The position numbers and the translations under genes were made by a program. Shown piece after piece: positions 39,702 through 51,900 of a stretch of 64,000 nucleotides of DNA. The notes below the pieces were generated by a model. It saw only the letters and a list, made by a program, of their open reading frames with translations, searched no databases and was not told the origin of the DNA. Source of the DNA: Cenococcum geophilum (lineage: Eukaryota); the NCBI GenBank assembly GCA_050273025.1, contig CP158635.1, positions 30,752,001 to 30,816,000 of the forward strand, read 5' to 3'. Numbering within the stretch: position 1 is the first letter of the stretch; the number at the start of each line of letters is the position of its first letter.

Positions 39702-41429
39702 TAGGGGTAAGAAACTTAAAATTCTAAGTAATTATATATATTCCTCTAAAAGTTATAGTAATTACCGCTAGTAAAAAGAGAATGCGGTACGTTCCCTAAC
39801 GCGCTGCCTAGGGGAAGTTATTATTTTAAATACGTAAACAGTTTCGACCTAAATACCGCATAGAATTAATTAAAATGTGCTAGAAACTATTAAATGTATT
39901 ATCTTACTACTATATATTAAGTATTTTCTATATATAATCATCCTTTTACTATATATCCCCCCCTATAGATAGCATTTCCGTAGCCGCTTCTATACCTTAT
40001 AGCTTATACTAGCAGAAGGTATAAGTTAAGACGCCATATATTATAAAAGCTAAGAGACAGCGAGGTTTTAAATCTATTAGACGATAATTAAGCGTAATAA
40101 AGATAAGATCTATATAAGAGTAACAGCCTTTATAAAAAGGTCCGCTTTACTCTTATCTTTGATTTTATCTTTTAATAGGAGAGGTTTTTTAATCTAATCC
40201 TAGTAGCATATAATATGATCTAAAGTTAAAAAATACTTCTCTTCCCTCTCTTCCCTCTTACTAAAGTAAAAGCTACCTATATTCACATAATATAAGTGCG
40301 TTAGCGTTTAGCAAAAATCTCTTGCTTTCTTTAACCTTTTAGGTTTAGAGTAGAACTACTAGGGATAGATTACGTATACACTATTAATTGCTAATTTCTT
40401 TATTAAGGTAATAGCTGTGGAAAACTTAAAGATAGTATAGGCCAAAATGAATTTGGGAAAAAATATCGTTACTACTATCTATTTATACTTGTAAAATAGT
40501 TTCTTCTACTAGCTCTCTTTATAACCCAGAAGATTAAGGTGCTAAATACTCTATATATAGGCTAGAATAACAAAAATACAATTCTTAATAATACTAAGTG
40601 TTCCACAGCGGTTTAGATTAGGCTGCTAACTAATAAAAGCTGGTTTACTATCTTTAGAAGACTCGGACCTCTCTGCCACGTACGCTATAAGAAGGTATAA
40701 CGTCGTAAGGAAAATAGCGTAATATAGTATTAGTAATCTCGTTACGTCTATTCTTAAGATTTTAAGAGATATATACCGACTAAATTATTGATTAGAAGTT
40801 AGTTAGCTAGCGTTAAAAGTAAATCCTAAGAGTAATATTTTTAGATTTTGTTCTTTCCGGTCTTAATAGTGATAGGCTTAATCTTTATGAAAAAGTGGGT
40901 TATAGATAGATAGAAGGGTTTCTCTACTATATATTACTAAATATAGTAAAGCTCTAATAAAAACTAATATTTGCCCTCTATTATAGATCTCTACGCGATA
41001 AACGCATTACTAAATAAAGTGTAATCTACGGGGCCGCGTACGTAGCTAAGGTGGGAGAGGCCAAGTCGCGGGCGGGAGTTCTCTGCTGCACGTTGTTAAA
41101 TGCGGTACACCCTACGGCTAAGCATTAGTAAAAACGGCCTACCTTTCCCCTCTATTAGCTTGGATCCCTGTTCTATAAAGTATATTATTAAATTATTGGA
41201 TAATATAAGTTTACTTAAGTATAACCTACGTATATAGCTAGAACTAAAGGGACCGCGCCGTATACAAGATTGTCGTTATTACGTAATACCTACTAACCAC
41301 CTTTAAAGAGGGCCACTTATAAGAAGTATCTAACAACGCAGCCCCTAATGTTAGATATTCGCGTTTACTCCGGCACGACTTATTTGCATATATAAACTTA
41401 ATATAGCTATAATTACCTATTTAACCAAT

Positions 41430-42897
41430 ATGCCGAGCTGGTTTAGCTAACTAAGGAGTTAAAAGACACTTAAAGCGGCGGAGAAGCCTAATAGTGTTAT
41501 AAAGAATAAGGACGGAAGAACGGAATTATACTAGGCGGTAGGGAATATAAATAAGGAATTAGTCCGAGAGTTGCTTTCTAGGGACGCATAGGTTAATGAG
41601 TAGGATAATAATAAAATAATAGCTTTATACTAGGCCGCAAGGAAGGGATAAAACACAGTAGTTAAAGCGCTATTTAAGAATGGCACTAACGTTAATGTGA
41701 CGGATATTAATAATAGGATAGCGTTGAAATATGCCGTAATAAATAGATATAGGAAAGTAGTAAATCTATTACTAGAGAAAAGTACTAAAGTTAACCGGAC
41801 GGATAAATATAGAAGGACGGCGCTATAGTAGGCTGCGATAAATAGCGACATAGAAACGGTAAAGATGCTACTAAAAAATAATGCTAAAGTTAGTATTAGA
41901 AACATGCCCCCACTCTCTATAGTAGTATAGAGGGGGTGCGAAAACGTGGTAAAGCTACTAGTAGAGGGTGCTGCTATTGACGAGCCGGATAAAAAGGGAC
42001 GTATAGCATTGTACTAGGCGGCTATAAAGGGGGATAAAATAGTAGTAAAATTATTAGTAAATAGATATGCTAATATTGCCGTATAAGATAATAAGGGACA
42101 CACGTCTTTATATCTAGCGGCCGAGAGGAAGCGGTATACGGTAACTTTAGTATTCCTTAAAATAAATACCATTAAGGATAATTATAAAGAGGCGGTAAAA
42201 CTACTTATAGATAAGCAAAATATTAACGAGCCAGATAATAAAGGAATTACGCTATTGTACTTAGAGGCCTAGAAAGGCCACTAAGATATAACGCAGTCTC
42301 TATTAGAGATAGGAGTATCTATTAACGCCGAAGATGTTATAAATATAACGGCGCTACACTGCGCAGCTATAAAGGGGCATAAAGTAGTTATAGATTATCT
42401 GCTTAAAAACGATGCTAAATTAACATTAAAGATTTAGGTGGTGGTACACCGTTAGCTAGAGTAGTTAAAAGTAGATCTAAAATTGTTATAGATTATCTAC
42501 TCTAAAAGAATGTAAAGGTGAACTATAATTACGTACCTATAGTAAGTGAGTTAGAATTAAGTATTTATAAAAATAATAGCTAATCTATATCTTTTTAGAT
42601 ATTATAGCTTGTAAGTAAACCCGATCTTAGTAAGTCTATTAAGTTAATAGCTGATCCGTGTCTCTTTGGTTATTATAGCGTGTAAGTAATACTACTGCCA
42701 ATTAAACACCCTGTCTAAATAATTGTTAGACCCCACTGTTACGCGCGGCAGAAATTGGGCATAAGAAAGTTGTTAATCTATTATTAAAGTACGGTGCCTA
42801 GATTAAATATAATGCCGGAGGAAAAACGCTATTAGAGCGTGCTAGAAATAGAGGATATAATAGTGTTATTAAGCGGCTAGAAGAGCATGGGTAGTAA
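41430..42897 (+). pseudogene. Ankyrin-repeat protein pseudogene (~10 repeats)
   Basis: Repeated D..GRTALH.AA..G...VV.LLL..GA.VN units, e.g. DKYRRTAL**AAINSDIETVKMLLKNNAKV. Confidence 0.9.
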
Positions 42898-43291
42898 ACC
42901 TATGTCTTGTCTTTTTTATAGGCCAAATCTTATAAGGAATTAAGGATATATAAAGCTGAAGTTATATTGGAGGAAATTGATTTTTGTTAGATATTGTCGC
43001 GCCGCGTGACCTAACTCTTATTATATATTTTCTAAATAGATAAATAAGTAAGGTCCTGTTACTATAAAGTGAATACAAAGGGGCTACTGCACTGCAATCT
43101 TTTGCGCGAAAGAGAGCTTGTATTGACGATCGTGGCCTGGCCTGGAGCCGCGGTTTAGCCGCAGCTGATTAGGGGTTTAACGTAATGATGACCACTATAC
43201 CAAACGAAAAAAAGGCGGAAACCCGGCACCGTACACGTTGCTATACCGGTAGTTGGCGTCGAAGGAACCCATGGTTCACCCCAGAACCCTA

Positions 43292-44752
43292 GGAGTTCTC
43301 CCCACTCCGTGCACGTTCCCACTCAATGCACGGTCTTTCCTCACCAAAATTTGCCCAAATATACCTTTTTATACCACCTATAACTTAATAACCTTTTAAT
43401 AGAATTTTATAAAATTTTAAATATAGCTTATTAAATACTAAAATAATAATTTTATATAAAAATATTATAAAATATTATAAAATATATATACTTAAAATTA
43501 GGTTAAAAAAGTACTTTTTTAGTAAGACTTAATATAATTATTATTATTATTAATAAGGCTATTATATAGCAAGATTTTATATATATTTGTGTTTATTATA
43601 TAAATAAGTGTTTTTAATACTTATATAGTTTATAAATTATATATTAAGTAAATTATATTAAAATTTAATATAACGTATTCCATCACCGAGTGTCCGACAT
43701 CACCAAGTGTCCGACGTCAAAATGCACCAAAATCTAGGAAATTCATACTTTAATATCTTGACAACCACTTAATAATAAATTCTAATAATTTATATTTAGA
43801 CTTTTATATACACTTTACAGCTTCTATTAAAGTCGCATAGTACCTAGTTAAACAGCCCCTAAGATATTAAATTCGGGGGCTAAAATAAGGCCAAATTTTT
43901 ATATCTTAGGGGCTGCTTAACTAGGTACCATGCAACTTTAATAGAAGCTGTAAAGTGTATATGAAAGTCTAAATATAAATTATTAGAATTTATTATTAAG
44001 TGGTTGTCAAGATATTAAAGTAAAAATTTCCCAGATTTTGGTGCATTTTGACGTCGGACACTCGGTGATGTCGGACACTTGGTGATAAAATACGTTAGTT
44101 AAAATATATATATTTATATTATAAATAAAGTTTTTATATAATAAATTAAAGCCATAAAATACTTTACTATAAGTAAAATTAAGTATAAAAATTATAATTA
44201 AGCTTATTATTATATCTAATATAAAAATTGAATTTTTTTAGTATGGATAAAAAGTAAGCTTCTTTATTTTATAAATGCTTTTACCATTTATATAATAAGC
44301 TATATTAAAATTTTTATATTAACTGCTATTATAGTGATTAAGTTATAAGCATTTTTAAAAAAATCTATAAATTTTTTTCTAGAACTATATACAAGCTAAC
44401 TATATATATTAGCCGGTTAGCTATATATTAAACAGCTTATTTATATTATAAATATAGATATATATAAAATCTAGCTATATAATGGCCTTATTAATAATAA
44501 TATTATTATTATTAAGTTTTATTAAAAAAGTACTTTTTTAACCTAACTTTAAGTATATATATTTTATAAAATATTATTATATTATTATATAAAATTATAG
44601 TTTTAGTATTTAATAAGCTATATTTAAAATTTTATAAAATTCTATTAAAAGGTTATTAAGTTATAGGTGGTATAAAAAGGTATATTTGGGCAAATTTTGG
44701 TGAGGAAAGACCGTGCATTGAGTGGGACCGTGCACGGAGGGGGGAGAACCCG
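43292..44752. mobile_element. Non-autonomous foldback derivative of a pogo/Fot1-type transposon with ~330-bp inverted arms
   Basis: Termini (GG/CG)RGTTCTCCCCMCTCCGTGCACG(T/G)TCCCACTCAATGCAC match the TIR at 45695; TA at both sides; arms ~43292-43620 and ~44420-44752 are reverse complements. Confidence 0.9.
43673..44095. mobile_element. 423-bp palindromic MITE (ACGT termini, TA TSD; pogo/Fot1-like) nested in the foldback
   Basis: ~200-bp near-perfect inverted arms with a short spacer ~43873-43893; internal CATCACCRAGTGTCCGA doublets in each TIR. Confidence 0.92.
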
Positions 44753-45166
44753 TAAACACGACCGACCTCAGCCGAGAAGCGCAAGCCAGGACACCAACAA
44801 ATGTCTCTAGTATAGAATCTATGCAATATACCGCTGTGCAAAGAAGGACCTTGCTGGCAGGAATACCTCACCTTAACCTGATTACAATTGAGACGATAAT
44901 ATAGGAAATTTGAGATTTATTGTAATGATTTGGAGCCTCATTGATTGATTAAACCTACGACTTCATTTTGCCAAGACTCTATTTAATTTAAAGCCTTTGG
45001 TTGGTTCGTATGCTTGGACGCCTTTATCAACAGCGCATAGGATATAGTACTTAAGCGTGGACGGCGGTAAGGTACTTGGGCAGGTTGTAGCACGGCCTCG
45101 ATGTGTCAGCGTACAAGCGTCCTTAGACCATGGAGTGGGTGGTAGCTCCGCGGTAGTTTAGACGTC

Positions 45167-45847
45167 ATGTCGCCACCGCTGGCAGGGAGGCCGACCCGCA
45201 CCGGCCACACCCTTGTTTTCGTGGCGTGTGGAGGAATGGCAGCAGCAGCAGCATCAAACCGTTTCGCACCACTATCATCGCCTAGGTCATCACCAGCAGC
45301 AAGCCGAAGCAACCCACTGTCGCGTTCTGACGCGTCCCAACGATCGCGAAGCGCGTCGCGACCACCGTCTAACACCTCTGCATCATCTCGAAACCTCGCA
45401 AGACGTCTGGAAAACTATCCGTCAACATGGACATATACAGGTCTACCTCCACAGCAGCTAGCGATATGCGGCTTTTCCTACTCCACGAAATCTGGGAAAG
45501 ACACTTGCTTTTGTCATGTCTGTGATAAAGCAATAAGCGTACAATGGATGGTCACTTTGGGAGAATGGAGCAACGATGACCTCGACTCTCACGAGGAGGA
45601 TTGCCTCCTAGCAGATACGATATTCGATATGATCAACAATGTTTCTGAAGTCTACACACCGACTAGCCACCCTCGTTCTCGAACCCCAGAGGTACGGGTT
45701 CTCCCCCCTCCGTGCACGGTCCCACTCAATGCACACCAAAATCAAAAAACACCCAAAAATTTAACTCCACCGTATACAATCAAAATGGACCCAATTAATG
45801 CCGCTCTTGCTGCATTAAAACTGCAAGATCGTCCTAATTACACTTAG
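45167..45847 (+). CDS. RIP-free ORF with BIR (IAP repeat)-like zinc domain, truncated by a pogo insertion and read through into the transposase N-terminus; ATG 45236 is a likely start
   Basis: RRLENYPSTW..TGLPPQQLAICGFSY....KDTCFCHVC...W......DD...H...C at ~45401-45610 matches the BIR layout; CpA/TpG dinucleotides intact. Confidence 0.7.
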   Translation: MSPPLAGRPTRTGHTLVFVACGGMAAAAASNRFAPLSSPRSSPAASRSNPLSRSDASQRSRSASRPPSNTSASSRNLARRLENYPSTWTYTGLPPQQLAICGFSYSTKSGKDTCFCHVCDKAISVQWMVTLGEWSNDDLDSHEEDCLLADTIFDMINNVSEVYTPTSHPRSRTPEVRVLPPPCTVPLNAHQNQKTPKNLTPPYTIKMDPINAALAALKLQDRPNYT

Positions 45848-45923
45848 ACAGCTAAAGAATTTAATGTCAATTGTTCTACGCTTTCGCGGCGTTATTGGCA
45901 GATTACTCGCGCCAGAGAGGATG

Positions 45924-46133
45924 TGTTACGGCTCGTACAAATGCCTCTGAACCGAAGCTTGTAGAATGCTGTATTACGAAGATACTAAGCTAAAGAGAAG
46001 GAAAAGGGGTCGCCAGGACCGATGTAAACAAATATGTAGGGTGAGCCGCCAAGGCGCTAGCTTTAGGCGGGCCAATCGCAGGTCGGCAGAATATGGCAGA
46101 ATTTGGCAGGTAACGTGCGATAGCGCCGTTACA
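45924..46133 (-). repeat. 3' LTR of Gypsy element 2
   Basis: Direct repeat of 51901-52110. Confidence 0.95.
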
Positions 46134-49100
46134 TCACCCCCCTCTTTGAAAGAAAGCCTGCCCTTAGGCTTAGTTAGAAAAAATAGGGTAGCACTAGGCT
46201 TATAAACGTAGGATTACAAAAATATAAGATAAGGAGATAAAGGGGACACGAGTCCGTCCTAACTAAGTATAAAGGGCGATTATAGGCTAAGTGGAAGCAC
46301 TAGGCTAGAAAGAGTAGCCGCTAAAAGTCTTAGCACGGATCTAACTAATTAGACAACTTTAACCGGCGGTTAAAGTTCCTAGATATCTGAAATTTTACGG
46401 TACTAGCAGAAAATGGCAGAATATGGCAGAATTTGGCAGACAGCTATATTAGGGCTTTAGGGCGTTTTTGTCCCTATGTTCTTCTGGTAACTTATTATCT
46501 TTATTATGCTAGCATTCCATCTATTTATCTAGGTACTTTAGGGGTCCAGGCGCATTAGGGTATTAGTTATAGAATTCTTTAAGCTTTTAGGGGCAGCCTA
46601 TAAAGTTCCACATAGGGTACCAGGTTAGGTTAGGATCGTAGCCCTTCTATTAGACACGGTATTTTAGCGCTCCCCATACTATCTTACAGGCCAGTATTTT
46701 GTTAACCTCCTATTCGTTATCACCGTTTACTTAAACTAGTAGGGGAGGCTCGTTCTTTTATCTAGGTAATGGGTTATTTGTAGCTTTCCGTAACTTATCT
46801 AGTAAGAAAATAGGGTAAACCCTAATTAAGTCTAGGAGCTTTATCTTATATAAGTTGCCTATCTTTTTAAGAACCTTATATAGTCCTGCTATCTAGTAGT
46901 CTAGCTTACGGCTAGGTCGTTCGGTCCTCTAATTCCTTATTATAACCTAGACTATATTGCTAGGGGCAAAATCAGGCTCTTAACGGTGTTTGTTCGCCTG
47001 CTATTTTATTAACCTCTAAGCTTTTTTTAGGTTCTTATAGGCTACCGTCTAGGCCTCCTCTAATTGTTTAGTGTACTGTTGGGCCTTAATATAGGATAGC
47101 TTCTCTTATATAGTCTAGGGTTTTTCTAGCCTTTTCCAGTTAAAGCTTATATGGGGTAAGTATCCCATTTCTAGCTAAATTGGGGTAAACCCTATAGAGT
47201 TATAGGGTAGGGTTGCTTGCGCGTAGTTTATTAAGGGTAGTAGTTTAGACCAGTTATCCTGGAAATAGTTAATAAAGGGCCTAAGCCTCTAGTCTAGGTA
47301 CTAATTTATAATCTCTATCTAACCGTCTATCTGGGGGTAATAAGCCGTAGAAAGCTTTAGCTTAATACCTAAGATTTAGGTAAACTTATTCCAGAAGGCT
47401 AATATAAACTATAGCCTATAATCGGACATAATAGTATCTGGTGGTCCGTAAATTTAGTAGACGTAATAGACATATAGCTAGGCTACCTCTTTAGCATTAA
47501 TGTTCTTATAATATAGAATTAAGAACAGGCGTTTACCAAAGCGGTTAACTATAACTATAACCATATCGTATCTGTTACGGTCCCTAGGTAGTTTATAGAA
47601 GTCTATAAAGATATACTGCTAAGGGCGCTCTAGTATCGGGAGTGGCTTAAGTAGTCCTAGGGTCTTATTCCGTAGGATTGTAGCTCTCTAGCAGTCTTCG
47701 CAGTTCCGTATATATTAATTAATATCCGCAACTATTCTCGGCTAGTAGTAGCGGCAGTTAATAATTTTACGGGTCTTATTCTTACTAGGGTATGCCGTAA
47801 AGACTTAGTAATAAGCTTCGCAGATTAGTTCGGTCTGTAGATTGTTAACGTTAGGGACTATAAGCCGCTTCTGGTATAGGAGCAATCCTTCCTTTATCTT
47901 AAAATTGGGGTCTTTTTTCGCGGCTTATTCGCGGAGGGCCCTTAAGGCGTTAGCCGTGTGGTTTGCAGTTATAAGGCGGTTAATTAGCCCTATTAGCTTA
48001 TCTAAGGACTCCTCTATTAGTGCTAGCTCATTTTGCTAGAAGTCTAGCTCCTTAAGGATCCGCGGGTTAAGCTGTTCTAGATAGAAAAGGGCGCGCGTCC
48101 GATATTGGGTCTTTAGCTTATCCTAGGGTCCTACGTCTTGTTCTCTTTAGGTTAGGGCATTAGCCTTAAAGTTTTGCTTACTAGAACGATATATAATTAT
48201 AAAGAAGAATTAGGAGAGTATTTCGGCCTACTAGGCTTATTGCCCTATAAGCTGCTTTATAGTTATAAAGTACTCTAGGGCTTTGTAATCTATATATATC
48301 TTAATCTAGGAGTTTATACCTTTAAGCTTTACGCGCTATTAGGAGAGTAATTAAATAATAGCTAGTATTTCTTTGTCGTGTACTTTATAGTTACACTTAG
48401 CCGGGTCTATTATCTTTAAGAAGAAAGCTATAGGGTACTATTCGCCGTCTAGATATAACTATAATAGGATTCCCGCTATAACCCTATTAGAGGCGTCTGT
48501 TTCTAGCATTAATTTAAGGTCTAGGTTATAGTGATAAAGGATTAGGGAAGAGATAAGCCAATCCTTTACCTCTTTAAAGGCCTCTATATAGCTATTATTA
48601 AAGACAAAAGGCGTGTCCTTCCTAGTTAGTTATATAAGAGGTTTTACCACAATTCTATAGTTACGGATAAACTGGTAGTAGAAATTACAAAAACTAAGGA
48701 AGGACTGGATTCCTTTTACTATATAAGGGGGCTTCTAGTTACGGATTACCTCTACCTTCTTAGGGTCGACCTTAATTCCTTCCGTAGTTACGATAAACCC
48801 GAGGTATTTTATATATTTTACCCCAAACTCGCATTTCTTAATATTGACTTATAAGCCCGCGTTTTATAATCTCTCCAGAACCTTCTTAATATGAACTTAA
48901 TGCTTAAGTTCGTCGTCTAAGTATATAAGAATGTCGTCTAGGTATACCGTATAGAATTCATTAAGGTAATTAAAAAGAACGTCATTTATATACCTTTAGT
49001 ACGTAGCCGGTCCGTTTATTAGTCTAAAAGGAAGAACTTTGCATTTATAGGAACTATAGCGGGTACGGAACGTTATTAAATCTTCGGATATAGGGTCTAT

Positions 49101-51900
49101 TTTAATTTGGTAGAAAGCTTAGCGGATATTAAGTTTAGTAAAGATCTTTGCCTAGCTTAGACGTGCAAGGGTCTTGTTAATTAAAGGAATAGAATACTGG
49201 TCCTTTTAAGTAATAGCGTTTAGCTTTTAATAGTTGATATAAAAACAAAGGCCTCTATTAGGCTTTTTTACGAACAGAATAGGGGAAGCAAAAGGGGCTT
49301 AACTTGGCTTAATAAACCCTTTATCCAGGTTATTAATTAAATACTGCTTTATTGCTTTTAGCTTATCCATTAATTAATAGTAGAGGGGGCTATAGCTTAG
49401 CGAGTTATTAGCCTCTAATTAAATCTTGTAATTGTACGTCTAGTGGGGGGGTAACTTATCTAAGGCCGCCTTTGAGAATGCATCCTTATAGCCTATATAA
49501 ATGGTAGAAAGGAGGCGTTTAACTAGTTCCTTGTCGGTTTCCTTATTTAGCCTTTCCTCTCTATTATTAATAATTCGGTTAATCTTATATAGGCTCGTTA
49601 TAAAGACCTTATTGTCCTTCTAGTACATATTAAAGTAGAACGCTACAGCGCTAATTGCGGCGATATTTACGGTAGGGGGGTTAACTAATAATAGGGGCGT
49701 ATGTGACTTTAGGGACTTCTAGGGTACTGGCGTTATTGTTACTCCTTTTAGCTCCTATTGCATCTTTTGGAGGTTATCCCTTATATCCTATTAATACGTT
49801 CTTTTCTATAACGGTTAAATCTGTGCAATTTGGACGTTATCTACGTTATTATCTATCCCGCTTCCGTATGTAGAGTCCTCTTTAAATGTAGCGCTTTAGG
49901 AGAGTATCTTTATTAGTACGGAGTTCTTTCCAGCTTCGCGGCGGGCGTCCTCTTAGGCAAAGGCTAGGTCACGGGCCCGAACATCCTACTAGTAGGTAGG
50001 GTTAGCCCTTACGGCTAGTGTCTTGTGGTTAGTTTAGATCTCCCTAACAAAGGAGGGCAACTTTAGTCTATCCTCTAGCTAGATAAACCGTCTTTTTTGC
50101 ACGTTTAACCAAATATTAAAATAGGATATCTATTTTCGTCTAAGGATTATATCGTAGGACCCTAGGTCTAGGATGCAAAAGGGGATACCGTATTAGCGTC
50201 GTCCGTTAAGAGCGATATGTAACTTTAAGACGTGGGTAACAGGCCAACCGGCTTGGCCGTTATAGCCCTTTACCTAGACAGGCTTTTCTAGTTAGATAGC
50301 TTCTGTATTTAGAAACTTGGCAACATTATTTATATAGGCAGTATTTATAAAGGCGAAGCCATTTACTCTAGTGTTAATAAGGGCGGTTGTATTAACTCTA
50401 TATCTATTTTAAGATACTATATATGGAACCGTGAAATGCTTTCCACCCATTAACTAACTGAGATTAATCTCTTTAAGATTAATAGGGTACTCTAGGGGGG
50501 AGTCTTTCCCTAGGGTTCTTTTTTTCCTAACTCGTTGGACGTTTCTCCTTCCTCCATCTCCTTAATATCGCCTATATCCTTTAGCTCCGGGCAGGATAAG
50601 GTAAAGTAACCTTACTTATTGTAGTTAAAGCACATAGCTAAGGCAGGGTTGATTGGAGTATTACGGCGAATATTAGTTAATGGTATAGTACGTAGCTAGT
50701 CGGGCGAGGCTCGCTAGTATATAGTTATAACCACCTTTAGTATAAGAGCAGTTGTAACTTATCTTCCTGCTCTAGCTCCTATAGGTGTAGCTGGTGAGTT
50801 TCAATTGTTACGGAGTTGCTTCTGCCGATTAGGGTAGGCGTTAATCCGCTTTAGTTCTAAGTCTAATAATAGGCAATAAGCTACAAGTTTTTTATGGGTT
50901 AGTAAGTTATCTAAGGTTATAGCGATCTTTTCTTATAGCTGGATTATTAGCTTATTATATAGGTCTAATTAGTAGTTCTTAAGGGGAACCTAGCCTTCTC
51001 CTATAAGGTATAGGAATTAAGTCTAAAATTCGGTAAAGGGTTGGTTTAGTTTTATTATTAGGTAATTATAGTTATAACGGGCATTCTATACTTTGTTTAG
51101 GTTAACATAAATAGCCACTAGGTGCTGTATTATCTCGTTAATAGATATAAATTGGATAGGGGAGTTGTCCTCAAACTTGGCTTAAAGGTGCCGTTGGGCG
51201 TCCCTAGTGGTTCAACTAAAGAGGTAAAGTATTTTGGCTTCTTTAGAAAGGAAATAGTTATAGTTAATACGGAGCTTTCCTCGTACTTAAATCCTCTAAT
51301 TCTTAAAGGTAGGGTCTATCCTATTAAATAGTGGTGGGGGGTTAGGGAGCTTAACGGACTTTAATTACTTTATTATTGTATCTATACTCCCTAGTATATC
51401 GTATTTAGTAGAGTAAACAGGTCGGCTAGGGCTTTAAAAAGGGGAAGCTGGGCTATTTTATAGGGCCGTAAGGCTTTCTAGGATCTCTTATAGGGCCTCT
51501 TGTATATTTCTTGCTTTAAGACGATCGGCTTCCTAGCTAGCTGCGAGGGCGCGAATCTGCTCGCGTATATCTATAATATTATCGTTGTCTTCGATTTCTG
51601 ATCCCAATTAGATCTCAGGTTCCTCTCAGGTAGAGGCAGCTCTCTTAGATAAGCTTACTTTAGGTGCCATTATTGGCTTCCTAAGGTTCGTCGGTATTAT
51701 ACGCTTTAGTTTTAATTCCGGGGGTATAGGTCCAGTCCTGTCTGGCTTATAAGGTAGGATATTATTTAGGCCTTCCCAGGCAATATAGAGTTGTTTTGGT
51801 GTCTAAGTATAGCGTATTAATACGTTGTTGCAGACGAAGTTTCTTTAGGGTGGGATATTATTAAGGCCTTTCTAGGCAAGGTAGGGAGAGCTTAGTATAA

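Larger units (their letters stand above)
36110..40730 (-). pseudogene. Fungal multi-pass membrane protein pseudogene (DKSKAD-motif family) with a long C-terminal extension, split by piggyBac
   Basis: Motifs VGWQPDPNRCGTLGIIENC, WSIQHLNLP, IFFPEFIL, WTLTHSYYANMGGF, IKDKSKADLF, RIQNDDF, AWNFEFPTP; frame continues across the reconstructed empty piggyBac site. Confidence 0.8.

Noticed and set aside
41630..41905. Hydrophobic 91-aa minus-strand ORF
   Set aside because: Antisense shadow of the RIPed ankyrin gene
45106..45461. Overlapping ORFs 45106..45375(-) and 45213..45461(+)
   Set aside because: Alternative frames of the GC-rich BIR ORF with no independent support
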